Origin: Rickettsiales bacterium
Lineage (GTDB): Bacteria; Pseudomonadota; Alphaproteobacteria; Rickettsiales; UBA1997
Reading direction: 5' to 3'
Assembly: GCA_038142525.1 (NCBI GenBank)
Contig: JAYQKE010000014.1
Span: 7,309-71,308 of the forward strand
DNA: 64,000 nt
A program made the position numbers and the translations under genes. The number at the start of each line of letters is the position of its first letter. Position 1 is the stretch's first letter. This document shows, piece after piece, positions 20,897 through 33,294 of this stretch. The notes beneath the pieces were generated by a model. That model saw only the letters and a list, made by a program, of their open reading frames with translations, ran no database searches and was not told where the DNA came from.

Positions 20897-21689
20897 AAAG
20901 CTGCATTATTTTTGCTGAAGTTTCTTCAACTGATCTTCTGGTAACATCAATTATTGGACATTTTAATTTAGAAAATAAAATTCTAGATTCTGCTATTTCT
21001 TCTTTTATTTTTTCTATTTTAATGTAATCCGTTTCAATATTAGTGTCACCCATTGAATTAACTCTTACTTTCCTTACTTGTAATAATTTTTCAGGATTAA
21101 TCATTAGCCCAACAATTAACGGTTTTTTTACTTCATAAATCTCTTTGGGAAAGGATTTTAAATCAACAAAAGGAATATTTGCTGTTTTATAGCCACGACA
21201 AGATAAAAAGACTGATGTAGGTGATTTAGATGTGCGAGAAACACCAACAATAATAATATCCGCCGAATCAAGATCTCTTACTTTTTGTCCATCATCATGT
21301 TCTATAGTATAATTAATTGCTTCAACTTTAGAGAAATATTCTTCATCTAAAATATGTTGCCTACCAATAGAACCAGTTACATCCATTTTTAGATATCTAG
21401 AAAATTGTCCAATTATTCTGGCAAGAGCGGAAATACAAGGCAAACCCAACTCTTCGCAATAATTTTTTAAATTACTAATTAAGTCATCTTTTAAAATGGT
21501 ATAAAGTACAATTCCAGGGTTTTTAGCAATTGATTCTTTTATTTTTTCTATTTGATTTTCACTGCGGGTTAGTGGCCAAATAAATTCTTCAACTTCTAGA
21601 TCTTCAAATTGAGATATTATTGCGCGAGAAATTGCCCCTAATGTTTCTCCAGTTGAGTCTGATATAAGATGAATATTAAGTTTTTTCAT
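20874..21689 (-). CDS. pyruvate,phosphate dikinase / PEP synthase regulatory protein (DUF299 kinase-phosphorylase)
   Basis: 271 aa with N-terminal ..HLISDSTGETL.. and P-loop GVSRTSKSPTS. Confidence 0.88.
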   Translation of the reverse strand: MKKLNIHLISDSTGETLGAISRAIISQFEDLEVEEFIWPLTRSENQIEKIKESIAKNPGIVLYTILKDDLISNLKNYCEELGLPCISALARIIGQFSRYLKMDVTGSIGRQHILDEEYFSKVEAINYTIEHDDGQKVRDLDSADIIIVGVSRTSKSPTSVFLSCRGYKTANIPFVDLKSFPKEIYEVKKPLIVGLMINPEKLLQVRKVRVNSMGDTNIETDYIKIEKIKEEIAESRILFSKLKCPIIDVTRRSVEETSAKIMQLYVSRAEK

Positions 21690-21709
21690 AATATTAAATA
21701 TTATTTTTT

Positions 21710-23118
21710 TTAACGCAGATTCCGGACAGTACCTTTATGAGTTTTTTTTGAAAATTTCTTATATTTGATATCCTTATAAGGATTCTCACTTTTTTTAATT
21801 ATCAGTCTAATAACTACCATTTCTAAACCAAAAAATTCACGTATAGAATTTTTAAGATATCTTTCATAACTACCCTTAATTGCCTTTGGGTGATTAGTGA
21901 AAATAACAAAAGTTGGAGGATTCTTTTTGGCCTGAGTAATATATTTTATTTTAGCTTCTTTGCCTTTAACCATAATTGGCTGATGATGATCTTTAGCATG
22001 TTGTAAAAATTCATTCAATTTAGCCGTTGTAATATATTTTTGCCACTGATCAAAAACTATAAAGGAAAATTTTAATAATTTATCAATATTAAAGCCACTT
22101 TTTGCTGAGATTCCAACTATTGGAATAGTTGAAATTTCTGGCATTGATATTGCCAATTTCTCACGAGTTTTTTTTATAAAAAACTCAGGATCATCTATTA
22201 AATCCATTTTATTAACACCAATAACCAAACCTCGACCCTCTTTGACTACAATATTAGCAATTGCCAAATCCTGATGATCAATAGCATGATTAGCATCGAT
22301 TAATAAAATAACAATTTGAGCATAATTTATAGCACGAAAACTATCTTCGAGAGAAAATTTTTCTAATTTTTGAGTAATATTGGATTTTTTCTAATTCCTG
22401 CAGTGTCAATAAAACGAATTTGTCTTTTTTCAAATTCATAATCAATTGCTATTGAATCTCTGGTAATTCCTGCCTCTGGGCCTGTTATCAAGCGATTTTT
22501 ACCAAGAATTTTATTAAGAAAGGTTGATTTTCCAGCATTGAAGTGACCAATAACAGCAATTTGGAGTTTTTTATCGGCATTTTTCTTTAATTCCTCCTCA
22601 ATAGCACCATATTTTTCCTGATATTTTTGATAAAAAGGTAGAATTTTCTCATATAAAAAATGAATTCCTTCCTTATGTTCAGCAGAAATAGCAATGGCCC
22701 CTTCAAAACCTAAACGATAATATTCTTTATCAAAAATTTCTCCCTCATTTCCATCTCTTTTATTAGCAATTAAAATTACATCCTTATTTTTTTCTCGAAG
22801 CCATTTGGCAAAGTAAAAATCTATGTTATTTATACCCTCACGACCATCAACCACAAAAAAGCAAAGATCAGCATCGTAAACAGCAATCTCTGTTTGTTCG
22901 AGCATTTTTTCTGATAAATTTCCTTTGGCTATTTCATTTTCTAATCCTGCCGTATCAATTAATTTAAATTTTATGTCAGCAAGTGCGACTTCTGCCTCTC
23001 TTCTATCTCTAGTAACTCCTGGAGTATTGTCAGTAATAGCAAAAGATTTACCAACTAATTTATTAAAAAGGGTTGATTTACCAACATTTGGCCTACCAAT
23101 AATTGCAATTGAGAACAT
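21710..23118 (-). pseudogene. der: ribosome-associated GTPase Der/EngA, one frameshift in a homopolymer
   Basis: GTPase domain 1 (GRPNVGKS) and the start of domain 2 are in ORF 22363-23118. The rest is in ORF 21710-22267. One extra A in the A6 run (T6 on the plus strand, 22385-22390) would restore ..DTAGIRKKSNITQKLEKFSLEDS... Confidence 0.85.
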
Positions 23119-23172
23119 CTTATTATATCTATAATCAACCCCCCACCGAAGAAAATAGCGATTCGGTAGAGG

Positions 23173-24567
23173 TTATTTTTTAGCCAAATTTACTTTAGCT
23201 ATTTTTATTTGTTTTTCTATTTCATTAAAGCCTGTTCCACCATAACTTTCTCTGGAAGCAACGGAGTTTTCGATTTTTAAAATATCAAAAATTTTGTTAG
23301 AAATTTTTGGTTCAATATTTTGCATTTCGGCTAGAGATAGATCAGCTAAATCGCATCCTTTATCCTCAGCAATTTTAACTAAAGATCCAGTTATATGATG
23401 GCATTTTCTAAATGGAATATTCAAATCCTTAACTAAAAAATCAGCTAAATCAGTTGCTAAAGAAAAATCAGCATCAGCCATTTTTAGCATATTTTCTTTT
23501 TTAGCTTTAAGATTTTTAAGCATCCCAGACATCGCCAAAAGACAAGTTTTGATAGATTTGAAAGAATCAAAAACGGGTTCTTTATCTTCTTGCATATCTT
23601 TAGAATAAGTTAAAGAAAGACCTTTTAAAACTATTAATAAATTATTAAGAGAGGAGAAAATTCTACCACTCTTTGCTCGAACCAATTCTGCAGCATCAGG
23701 ATTTTTCTTTTGTGGCATAATTGAGCTTCCGGAACAAAAATCATCACTAATTGATATAAAATCAAAACCTTTACTCATCCAAATAACAATTTCTTCTGCA
23801 AATCGTGATAAATGCATAGCTATTACAGAATTATTATAGGTAAAATCCAGTGCAAAATCACGATCAGCCACGGCATCTAGTGAGTTATTGCAAGGTTTTT
23901 GAAAACCAAGTTCTTTAGCGGTAAATTCACGATCAATTGGAAAGGAGGTTCCTGCAAGAGCGGCAGAGCCAAGAGGAGATTGATTAAGGCGATTAATAGA
24001 ATCTTCAATTCTAGATTTATCCCTTTCAAACATTTCAAAATAAGCCAGGAGATGATGAGCAAAAGAAATTGGCTGAGCCGTTTGCAAATGGGTAAAGCCG
24101 GGCATAATAGTTTTAATATTTTCCTGAGCTTTTTCTATAAGAATTTTTTGTAAATTAGATAATAAATCATAAATTTGCTTTGATGCATCTTTAACATAAA
24201 GTTTGAAATCCGTTGCCACTTGGTCATTTCTTGATCTAGCAGTGTGTAATTTTCCAGCAACATCGCCAATAATTTCAGATAAACGATTTTCAATATTCAT
24301 ATGAATATCTTCTAACTCCTGTTTAAACTGAAAATTGTCAGATTCTATTTCTTCTTCGATTTGTTTTAGGCCAGAAATAATTTTCTGAGATTCTTCATTG
24401 GTAATGATTTTCTGCTTAGCCAGCATTTTGCAGTGAGCAATTGAGCCAGCAATATCATATTTATAAAGATTCTTGTCAAAATCAATTGAGGAATTGATTT
24501 CTAGCATTATTTCAGAAGAGGCTTGATCAAAACGACCGCCCCACATTTTATTGGAATTATTCATCAT
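23173..24567 (-). CDS. argH: argininosuccinate lyase
   Basis: 464 aa with N-terminal ..WGGRF.. and the fumarate-lyase signature GSSIMPQKKNPD. Confidence 0.92.
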   Translation of the reverse strand: MMNNSNKMWGGRFDQASSEIMLEINSSIDFDKNLYKYDIAGSIAHCKMLAKQKIITNEESQKIISGLKQIEEEIESDNFQFKQELEDIHMNIENRLSEIIGDVAGKLHTARSRNDQVATDFKLYVKDASKQIYDLLSNLQKILIEKAQENIKTIMPGFTHLQTAQPISFAHHLLAYFEMFERDKSRIEDSINRLNQSPLGSAALAGTSFPIDREFTAKELGFQKPCNNSLDAVADRDFALDFTYNNSVIAMHLSRFAEEIVIWMSKGFDFISISDDFCSGSSIMPQKKNPDAAELVRAKSGRIFSSLNNLLIVLKGLSLTYSKDMQEDKEPVFDSFKSIKTCLLAMSGMLKNLKAKKENMLKMADADFSLATDLADFLVKDLNIPFRKCHHITGSLVKIAEDKGCDLADLSLAEMQNIEPKISNKIFDILKIENSVASRESYGGTGFNEIEKQIKIAKVNLAKK

Positions 24568-26502
24568 TATAACAATCCTAGAGAAAACATTAAAATAAAG
24601 ATAAATATAATCACCCCAAGATATAAAATTAATGAATAATCATAAATATAACCGGTTTGAATTCTGGTAATAAGTTTTGGCAATCTATTTTTACATATAG
24701 AGGCTAATAAATTAGGCACCCCATCAACTATTCTACTATCCCAAAATTTCCAGAAATTTAGACTTAATTTTTGAATAGTTTTAACAAAAACTATATTATA
24801 AATTTCGTCAAAATAATATTTATTAAATGATAATTTATATAAAATTCTTATTTTGCCTGCTATTATTTTTGGCAGATTTGGTTTAGCTATATAAAATATA
24901 TAGGATAAAAGGATTGCAAAGAACAGAAACTATCACAGGTAGTAATTTAACAAATAATGAAACATGATACGCTTCTTCTAAAATATTGTTATCCTTAGCT
25001 AAAAATATAGCATCATCAAAGAAATTTCCTTCTTGAGATACCATTCCCCAAAATTTGTAACCAATAAATCCAACAATAACTGATGCAACTGCAAGTAAAA
25101 TCAAAGGAATAGACATTATTTTTGGAACTTCTGTAACATGATCAAAATCCTTTTTTGAAAGATTTGTTTTTCCATAAAAAACAACAAATAATAATCTCCA
25201 AGAATAAAAAGCGGTAAGAAAAGCCGCCAAAATTCCCATATAAAAAGCATATGGTCCAAAATTAGAATCAGACATATAAGCTGTCTCTAAAATCATATCT
25301 TTAGAATAAAATCCAGCAAAAGGAGGAAGGCCAGCAAGGGCTAATGATCCAATCCACATAATTGCAGTAGTTATTGGCAATTTTTTGGCAATTCCACCCA
25401 TTTTACGAATATCTTGTTCATGATGCAGGGCGTAAATTACAGCACCAGCACCAAGGAATAATAGAGCTTTGAAAAAGGCATGAGTGAAAAGATGAAAAAT
25501 TCCAGCACTATAAGCTCCAACACCACAAGCAAAGAACATATAACCTAATTGACTGCAAGTTGAATAAGCGATAATTCTTTTAATATCATTTTGGGTGAGG
25601 GCGATTGTAGCGACAAATATTGCTGTCGTAGCACCAATTATTGTTACAAAATTTAAGGCAATTTGTGAATGTTCAAAAATAGGAGAGCATCTAGCAATCA
25701 AAAATACACCAGCAGTTACCATTGTTGCAGCATGAATTAAAGCAGAAACAGGAGTTGGACCCTCCATAGCATCAGCAAGCCAAACATGAAGAATAATTTG
25801 AGCTGATTTACCCATAGCGCCAACAAAAAGCAAAATAGCAATAAGATCAATAGAAGTTAAATTCCAGAAAGTAATATTTTCTGACTTTAGAATGGTTGTC
25901 TGTGCAAAAATTTCAGCAAAATTAACTGAATTAAAAGATAAAAATATTAAAGCAATTCCTAAGATAAAACCAAAATCTGACACACGATTAACTATAAAAG
26001 CCTTCATGGAAGCAAGATTGGCTGATAATTTATGATGATAAAAACCAATTAGTAAATAAGATGCCAAACCAACTCCTTCCCAACCAACAAATAATTGTAA
26101 AAAATTATCAGCAGTCACCAAAATCAACATAAAAAAGGTAAAAAGTGATAAATATGACATAAATCTTGGTATAGATTTATCGCCCTTCATATAGCCTGCA
26201 GAATAAATATGAACCATTGAAGATATATAAGTTACGACAACTAACATCACTGCACTTAAAGAATCAATTTTTAAGGACCAGTCAGCTGAGAAATTACCAA
26301 CTTTCATCCAATTAATAATATGAACATTTTTACCAATACCATTTAAGCCATATTGATAAAAAATAATAGTGGCAAATATAGCTGATAAAACTAGCAAAGA
26401 AGAATTAAGAATTTGGGAGGTTTTATCAGATATTTGTTTTGAGAAAATACCAGAAATAACAGCTCCAACAAGGGGTAATAACAAAATTAATTTTACCAAC
26501 AT
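24567..26502 (-). pseudogene. nuoL: NADH-quinone oxidoreductase subunit L, frameshift near the C-terminus
   Basis: The 539-aa ORF (24883-26502) is NuoL-like (..FVGWEGVGLASYLLIGF..). The C-terminal ~105 aa (..NKYYFDEIY..IVDGVPN..IQTGYIYDY..) are readable in another frame down to a stop that overlaps the argH ATG. The shift is near 24.90-24.93 kb. Confidence 0.85.
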
Positions 26503-26747
26503 AAATTTTTATAATTATTATAATAAATAAGGATTATTTATACATATTAAAAATTTTATATCAATAATTTAATTATGGTACTGTCCGAAATCTTTTTCCT
26601 TTGATTTTTTAGGTAATTTTTAGACAAAATCATTAAAACTAAACAGACCTAGTTTTTAGATCTTAAAAATGAATAATAATATTAAAATTTGACCCTGGAA
26701 AAGTGCCTGTTAATATTTTTTAGCAAATCTATTTGAATATTTTATTT

Positions 26748-28057
26748 ATGATTAAAGAATATACAGTTTCAGAAGTTTCTAAAGCAATAAAACTTTTAAT
26801 TGAAGACCAAATAGGTTATGTTAAGATTAAAGGAGAGATTTCTGGTTTTAAAAGAGCTAGCTCTGGTCATTTATATTTCTCTTTAAAAGATTCTAATGCT
26901 TTAATTTCAGCAGTTTTATTTCGTGGTGCGACCAGCTCTATTAAATTTGAAATTGAAGATGGTTTAGAGGTTTTTGCTCTTGGTCGCGTTACAACTTACG
27001 CTGGTAGAAGTAATTATCAAATTATCGTTGAAAAATTAGAAATTGCAGGTGTTGGTGCTATAATGGAGATGATTGAAAAAAGGCGTCAAAAATTTTTAAA
27101 ACTTGGATATTTTGATGAAAAGCACAAAAAACAATTGCCTTTTTGGCCAAAAGAAATTGCCGTTATTACTTCTAAAACTGGAGCGGTAATTCATGATATT
27201 TTACATCGTATTCAAGACCGTTTTCCAACAAAAATTTCTCTTTATCCAGTTGCCGTTCAGGGTGAAAAAGCCCATCAGGAAGTTGTAACCGCCATAAAAT
27301 ATTTTGAAAATTTAGAACATAAACCAGACTTAATAATCATTGCTCGTGGCGGTGGTTCTTTTGAAGATTTACTACCTTTTAATGAAGAAGAATTGATTGA
27401 AGCTGTTTTTACAGCAAAAATTCCAATAATCTCAGCGATTGGACATGAAACTGACACTTCTTTGATTGATTATGTTAGTGATTTTAGAGCTCCAACTCCA
27501 ACTGCAAAGAAATGACTGAAATTGCTACACCATTACTTTTGGATCTAAAAAATACTTTAGAAAATATTGATTTAAGACTTCAAAATCGAATTAGAGATTT
27601 CATAGAAAGAAAAGAACAGGATTTAGATAGAATTGATCAATTTTTAACCAACCCAACTGATTATATTGATAAATTACAGATAAAAATCAATGATTTTGGT
27701 AGTTTTCTTGATCTTAATTTACAAAATAATATTCAAAAATATCAACAAAGAATGAATTTAATTGAAACTTCTTTTAAGGATTTTGATTATAAAATTTTGG
27801 AAATAGAGCAAAATCTAAAAGATATTTTTGACAAAATATCACAAAAATTTCAGGAAAATATCAAAAATTGTGAAAATCAATTAGAAATCTCTAGTAAATT
27901 ATTAGTAAATTGTGATTATAAAAATGTTTTAAAAAGAGGATATGCCTTACTTTCTAATAAGGAGGGTGAGTTTATCAAATTTATTGCTGATTTAGAAGGA
28001 AAAGATCAAGTAATTATCGAAATGCAAGATGGCAAGAAAGATTTAAAAATTGGATGA
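26748..28057 (+). pseudogene. xseA: exodeoxyribonuclease VII large subunit, one frameshift
   Basis: The OB-fold and catalytic part is ORF ..27515 (..RAPTPTA). The C-terminal coiled-coil part is ORF 27512-28057. The shift is near 27505. Confidence 0.85.
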
Positions 28058-28978
28058 AAATTATTAGAAATATCGATAAAAAACAACAAAAAATTCCAGA
28101 TATAGCTTTAACCATTGGCAATTTTGATGGAATTCATTTAGGTCATAAAAAGATTCTAGAAAAATTAAAATCAGAAGGAAAAAAAGGAATCTTAAAACTG
28201 GGCTTTTAACTTTTGAACCACATCCCGCTAAAATCTTTAATAATGATTCAAAAAATAGAATTTATAATTTATCTGAAAAAATTAGAATTTTAAAGGCAGA
28301 AAATCTAACTGATTTTCTTTTTATCATCCACTTTAATTATAATCTTGTTAATCTTAGCGCTGATGAGTTTTTGCAAAATATTTTATTAAAAAACATTAAA
28401 ATGAAATATCTTTCAATCGGTTATGATTTTTGTTTTGGCAAAGATAGGTTGGGTAATGTAGAGTTTTTGCAAAAAAAATCAAAAGAATTAAAATTTGATT
28501 TCGAACAAATTTCTGAGCAAAAATTTGACAATAAAACCTATTCTTCCAGCTTGATTAGAAAATTAATTCAAAATGGAAAAATTTCTGAGGTAAATAATAT
28601 TTTAGCAAGAAAATTCTCAATTTCTGGTACTGTAATTCAGGGCAGGGGGTTAGCTAATAAAATTAATTACCCAACAGCAAATATTTTGCCAAAAAAATAT
28701 CAGATTTATCCTAAATTTGGAGTTTATAAAGTAGAAATTTCAATAGAGGAAAATATATTTTTGCCAGCAATTTTGAATTTTGGTATAAAACCTACTTTTT
28801 CTAAAGATTTAAAACCTATTTTTGAAGTTCATATATTTAATTTTAATAAAAATATTTATAGCAAAAAGGTTAGGGTTAGATTTTTAGATTTTATTCGTGA
28901 GAAAAAAAATTTGACAATATAGAAGAATTAAAAAAACAAATCTCTTTCGATATAGCAACTATAAATGACAAGTTCTAA
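28054..28978 (+). pseudogene. ribF: bifunctional riboflavin kinase / FMN adenylyltransferase, two frameshifts in A-runs
   Basis: N-terminus MKIIRNI..GNFDGIHLGHKKIL from the ATG at 28054. The shifts are in A7 (28179-28185) and A8 (28902-28909). The restored tail reads ..REKKKFDNIEELKKQISFDIATINDKF*. Confidence 0.85.
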
Positions 28979-28984
28979 TGCTAA

Positions 28985-29561
28985 GGAACCTCTGATTTTC
29001 CTATTTAATTTTGTCTATTTTTTCATTTTTCAGAAAAAATTTTTATAATTTGGATAAAGATTGCTAATTTTGTTAAAAATTAACAATCTTTATCCAAATT
29101 TAGGCATTATTTGTGGTAATTTCTCTAGTTTCTTGTCTAATTTTACCATTTTTGGCTAAATTAGACACATTTATCCCTTGTTACGCTGTATTTGGTAGTA
29201 TTTTTCTAACCATATAGAGATTAGCAGGGATGATGATAGCATTTGTAATTGATTAGTATTCTTTTGTAAACCATTATATCTAACCTTTCTATAGCCCCAA
29301 AGATGCTTTATAATTTGAAATGGATGTTCAACTTTAGCTCGAACTGATGAAAATTGTTTATTCCTCTTTTTTTGCTTATTTGAAAGTTTTTTGTTAGATT
29401 TAGCTCTATTGGTTATACCATAAAATATATTGTGATTCCTACAAAATCTTTTTATTGCCTTATCATCATAGGCCTTGTCACCAAATAAAGAAGTTTCATC
29501 ACCATGTAATAACTCCTCTGTTTTAGTAGAATCATGATCTTTAGCTGTCGTCGTGACAATA
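28985..29561 (-). mobile_element. IS5-family (type A) 3' fragment
   Basis: The terminus GGAACC at 28985 lies 6 bp after the ribF stop. The fragment is cut at 29561 by the terminus of the next copy and contains small indels. Confidence 0.85.
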
Positions 29562-30898
29562 GGAACCTCTGATTTTCCTATTTAATTTTGTCTATTTTTT
29601 CATTTTTCAGAAAAAATTTTTATAATTTGGATAAAGATTGCTAATTTTGTTAAAAATTAACAATCTTTATCCAAATTTAGGCATTATTTGTGGTAATTTC
29701 TCTAGTTTCTTGTCTAATTTTACCATTTTTGGCTAAATTAGACACATTTATCCCTTGTTACGCTGTATTTGGTAGTATTTTTCTAACCATATAGAGATTA
29801 GCAAGGAATGATAGCATTTGTAATTGATTAGTATTCTTTTGTAAACCATTATATCTAACCTTTCTATAGCCCCAAAGATGCTTTATAATTTGAAATGGAT
29901 GTTCAACTTTAGCTCGAACTGATGAAAATTGTTTATTCCTCTTTTTTTGCTTATTTGAAAGTTTTTTGTTAGATTTAGCTCTATTGGTTATACCATAAAA
30001 TATATTGTGATTCCTACAAAATCTTTTTATTGCCTTATCATCATAGGCCTTGTCACCAAATAAAGAAGTTTCATCACCATGTAATAACTCCTCTGTTTTA
30101 GTAGAATCATGATCTTTAGCTGTCGTCGTGACAATAGAATGAATAATTGGCTTACCCTTAGTTTGCACACCAATATGAGACTTCATGCCAAAATAATAAT
30201 TCTTCCCTTTCTTGGTAGAAGACATCTTCCCTTTTCCTCTTCTTGTTTTTTGTACTAGTTGGAGCAGATATTAATGTCGCATCAGTTATCGTACCCTCCT
30301 TCAACAAAAGATCATTCTCTTCAAGATATGAATTTACCTCGTTAAATATAATCGACGATAAATTATGCTTTTCCAATAAATGACGGAATCTCAATATCAC
30401 AGTCTCATCCGGAACATTATCAATACCAATATCAATATTTAAGAATTTTTGAAAACTTATTCTATCATATATAGCATCCTCCATAGCTGGATCACTAAGA
30501 CCAAACCACTGCTGTAACAAATGAATCTTAAATATTAATAATAAATCTGTCACCTTCCTGCCCCCGTAATCACTAGTACCATTAGGATAAAAAGGCTCTA
30601 TCTTATCAATCAATCTTTGCCATGGAATAATATCCGTCATTTGATTAAGAAACTTCTCCGCTCTTAATTTTCTACCAGAAATTGCTAATGAAAAAAATGA
30701 TTGCTGGGTTGCCATAATTATATATTTTATTTGAATTTAATATATCAATAATAAGCAAAAAAGCTAGATAAATCAAGCTTTTCTGGCTATTTTTATCAAA
30801 TAAATTCAAACAAAATTTTATAAAATAACTTTGCTAAACTTTGGCAAAAATAACAAAATTAAACAGTTTCAAATCTATAAATTAGATAATTGGTTTTT
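29562..30898 (-). mobile_element. IS5-family (type A) copy lacking its 5' terminal repeat; transposase carries an internal deletion
   Basis: ORFs 29758-30225 and 30158-30715. A few bp are lost in ..KRKRDQEMSS... The left terminal ~11 bp are missing at the junction with the next fragment. Confidence 0.8.
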
Positions 30899-31800
30899 TT
30901 CTAAAATATATTGGATTCCTACAAAATCTTTTTTTTGCCTTATCATCATAGGCCTTGTCACCAAATAAAGAAGTTTCATCACCATGTAATAACTCCTCTG
31001 AATAGAGATCTTTAATTGGACAATAGAATGAATAATTGGCTTACCCTTAGTTTGCACACCAATATGAGACTTCATGCCAAAATAATAATTCTTCCCTTTC
31101 TTGGTAGAAGACATCTCTTGGTCCCTTTTCCTCTTCTTGTTTTTTGTACTAGTTGGAGCAGATATTAATGTCGCATCAGTTATCGTACCCTCCTTCAACA
31201 AAAGATCATTCTCTTCAAGATATGAATTTACCTCGTTAAATATAATCGACGATAAATTATGCTTTTCCAATAAATGACGGAATCTCAATATCACAGTCTC
31301 ATCCGGAACATTATCAATACCAATATCAATATTTAAGAATTTTTGAAAACTTATTCTATCATATATAGCATCCTCCATAGCTGGATCACTAAGACCAAAC
31401 CACTGCTGTAACAAATGAATCTTAAATATTAATAATAAATCTGTCACCTTCCTGCCACCGTAATCACTAGTACCATTAGGATAAAAAGGCTCTATCTTAT
31501 CAATCAATCTTTGCCATGGAATAATATCCGTCATTTGATTAAGAAACTTCTCCGCTCTTAATTTTCTACCAGAAATTGCTAATGAAAAAAATGATTGCTG
31601 GGTTGCCATAATTATATATTTTATTTGAATTTAATATATCAATAATAAGCAAAAAAGCTAGATAAATCAAGCTTTTCTGGCTATTTTTATCAAATAAATT
31701 CAAACAAAATTTTATAAAATAACTTTGCTAAACTTTGGCAAAAATAACAAAATTAAACAGTTTCAAATCTATAAATTAGATAATTGGTTTTTGAGGTTCC
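30899..31800 (-). mobile_element. IS5-family (type A) 5' fragment with internal deletion
   Basis: ORF 30875-31609 is N-terminally identical to the transposase and then diverges. The terminal repeat is degenerate (..tttttgaggttcc). Confidence 0.8.
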
Positions 31801-32310
31801 TATATTGATGCTTGATCCAAAGAAAAAGGCTGATTTAGTAAATAATTATTTATCTGAAAAAATAGATGATAAGCAAGATATTGATAACGAGAAAATAGCT
31901 AAGGTCATAAATCAAAAGGGCCTGTTTGTAATAATATCTTCAAAGAAGCAGGAAACAGAAAATATCCTAAATTTATACTACACCAGACAAAAGGTTGAGA
32001 GAATGTTCGCTTTCTCGAAGTCAGATCTAAACCTGCTACCACTAAGAGTGCATAGCGAGGAAACTCTCAGAGGACATTTATTTTTACTATTTTTATTATC
32101 TTACTTTTTTATGAAAATTCATCAGAAATTAAACAAAGAATTTACTGTGGATCAAGCATTTATTATACTTTCGGCACAAAAGGCAAAAATATATGAAAAG
32201 CAGATATTTGTACAAGAGGCTTGATAAAAAAGCAAAAACAAATTTTTGAGCTTTTTGGTTATGATATTCCTGAGGAGATGGCTCGTGGGTAAAGATATGG
32301 GAATTTAAGT
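31801..32310 (+). mobile_element. IS1634-like element, 3' part with right terminal repeat
   Basis: ORF 31784-32224 (..LDPKKKADLVNNYL..YYTRQKVERMF..) gives the transposase C-terminus. It ends with GGGTAAAGATATGGGAATTTAAGT at 32287-32310. Confidence 0.75.
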
Positions 32311-32453
32311 TTAAGCCATCGAACAAGCAATCAATATTAGAGAAAATTTATACCTCTATTTTGTAAATCAGTTAAAATATTAAGCCAAAAATTAGCTCCC
32401 TCTGACTTTGAAGATAAATTAATAAAATATCTTTTTAAGAAACTTCTTAGAAC

Positions 32454-32813
32454 CTATTCCCATATCTTTATTGGATAGTCCTTAAAAAAACATTAATTAA
32501 GCAATTAAAAGCTTGCAACCGACTTTTTAGTTCTATATACTCGTGCCTATTATTAATTCTTTACTCACGATTATGAGCTATATCAGATAAAAAAAAGTTG
32601 ACAAGACAGGGAATATTTCTATATGAAATAACGGCCTATTGGGATAAAAATCAAACAACATTCCAAGATAAATCTATAAAAATATCTTAATTTTCCTAGA
32701 TAAAGAATTGGAATATTTCAGGATAAAAAGAAGAAAGAGAGATTTAAATGGAAAAGTTATTTCCAATCCAAAATTCAAGGGTTATGGCACAACCATTTAA
32801 GGAGAGGGAAATT
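32454..32813 (+). mobile_element. IS1634-like element, divergent 5' part, cut by an IS3 insertion
   Basis: Colinear with 38134-38505 but degenerate. It ends at ..ggagagggaaatt, where the IS3-type end begins. Confidence 0.65.
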
Positions 32814-32944
32814 ATGCCCCCTAAAATTCAGACCATTAATTTTTAAATTTCATAGACTATAATTTCTTTAAATTTTGATTTGGAAGATGGAAAAATATGC
32901 TAATATTTTTTCATCTGTTAATTAAAAATTTAATTTAATAAATT

Positions 32945-33253
32945 ATGTCAAAAGAAATTAAAAAATATAATTCTGATTTTAAGTTTAAAGTTGTAATGAA
33001 ATATTTATCCGAAAATTATACAATTTATCAGATTTGTAGCGAATATGATATTGCTAAATCAACATTACATAAATGGGTTAAGCAGTTTAAAGCTAGCGGT
33101 AATGATATATTTTCTGATTCTAAGTTATCTAAAGAAGAAAAATTAAGTAAAAAAGAACAAAAAAAGAAGGATAAAGAAATTGATAAATTATATAAGAAAA
33201 TAGGTCAATTAACAATGGAAAGAGATTTCTTAAAAAAGTTTCTGGACAGTTAG
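32945..33253 (+). CDS. IS3-family transposase OrfA (HTH)
   Basis: 102 aa with an HTH (..[24 protein letters not shown]..) and a leucine-zipper-like tail. Confidence 0.9.
   Translation: MSKEIKKYNSDFKFKVVMKYLSENYTIYQICSEYDIAKSTLHKWVKQFKASGNDIFSDSKLSKEEKLSKKEQKKKDKEIDKLYKKIGQLTMERDFLKKFLDS
33232..33238 (+). other. programmed -1 ribosomal frameshift heptamer A_AAA_AAG
   Basis: A AAA AAG in the orfA frame, 15 nt before the orfA stop. The -1 frame is open from here into orfB (..[27 protein letters not shown]..). Confidence 0.7.
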
Positions 33254-33294
33254 ATTATTCTAAGAAAATCAAATTTCTAAAATTATCATCAGAT

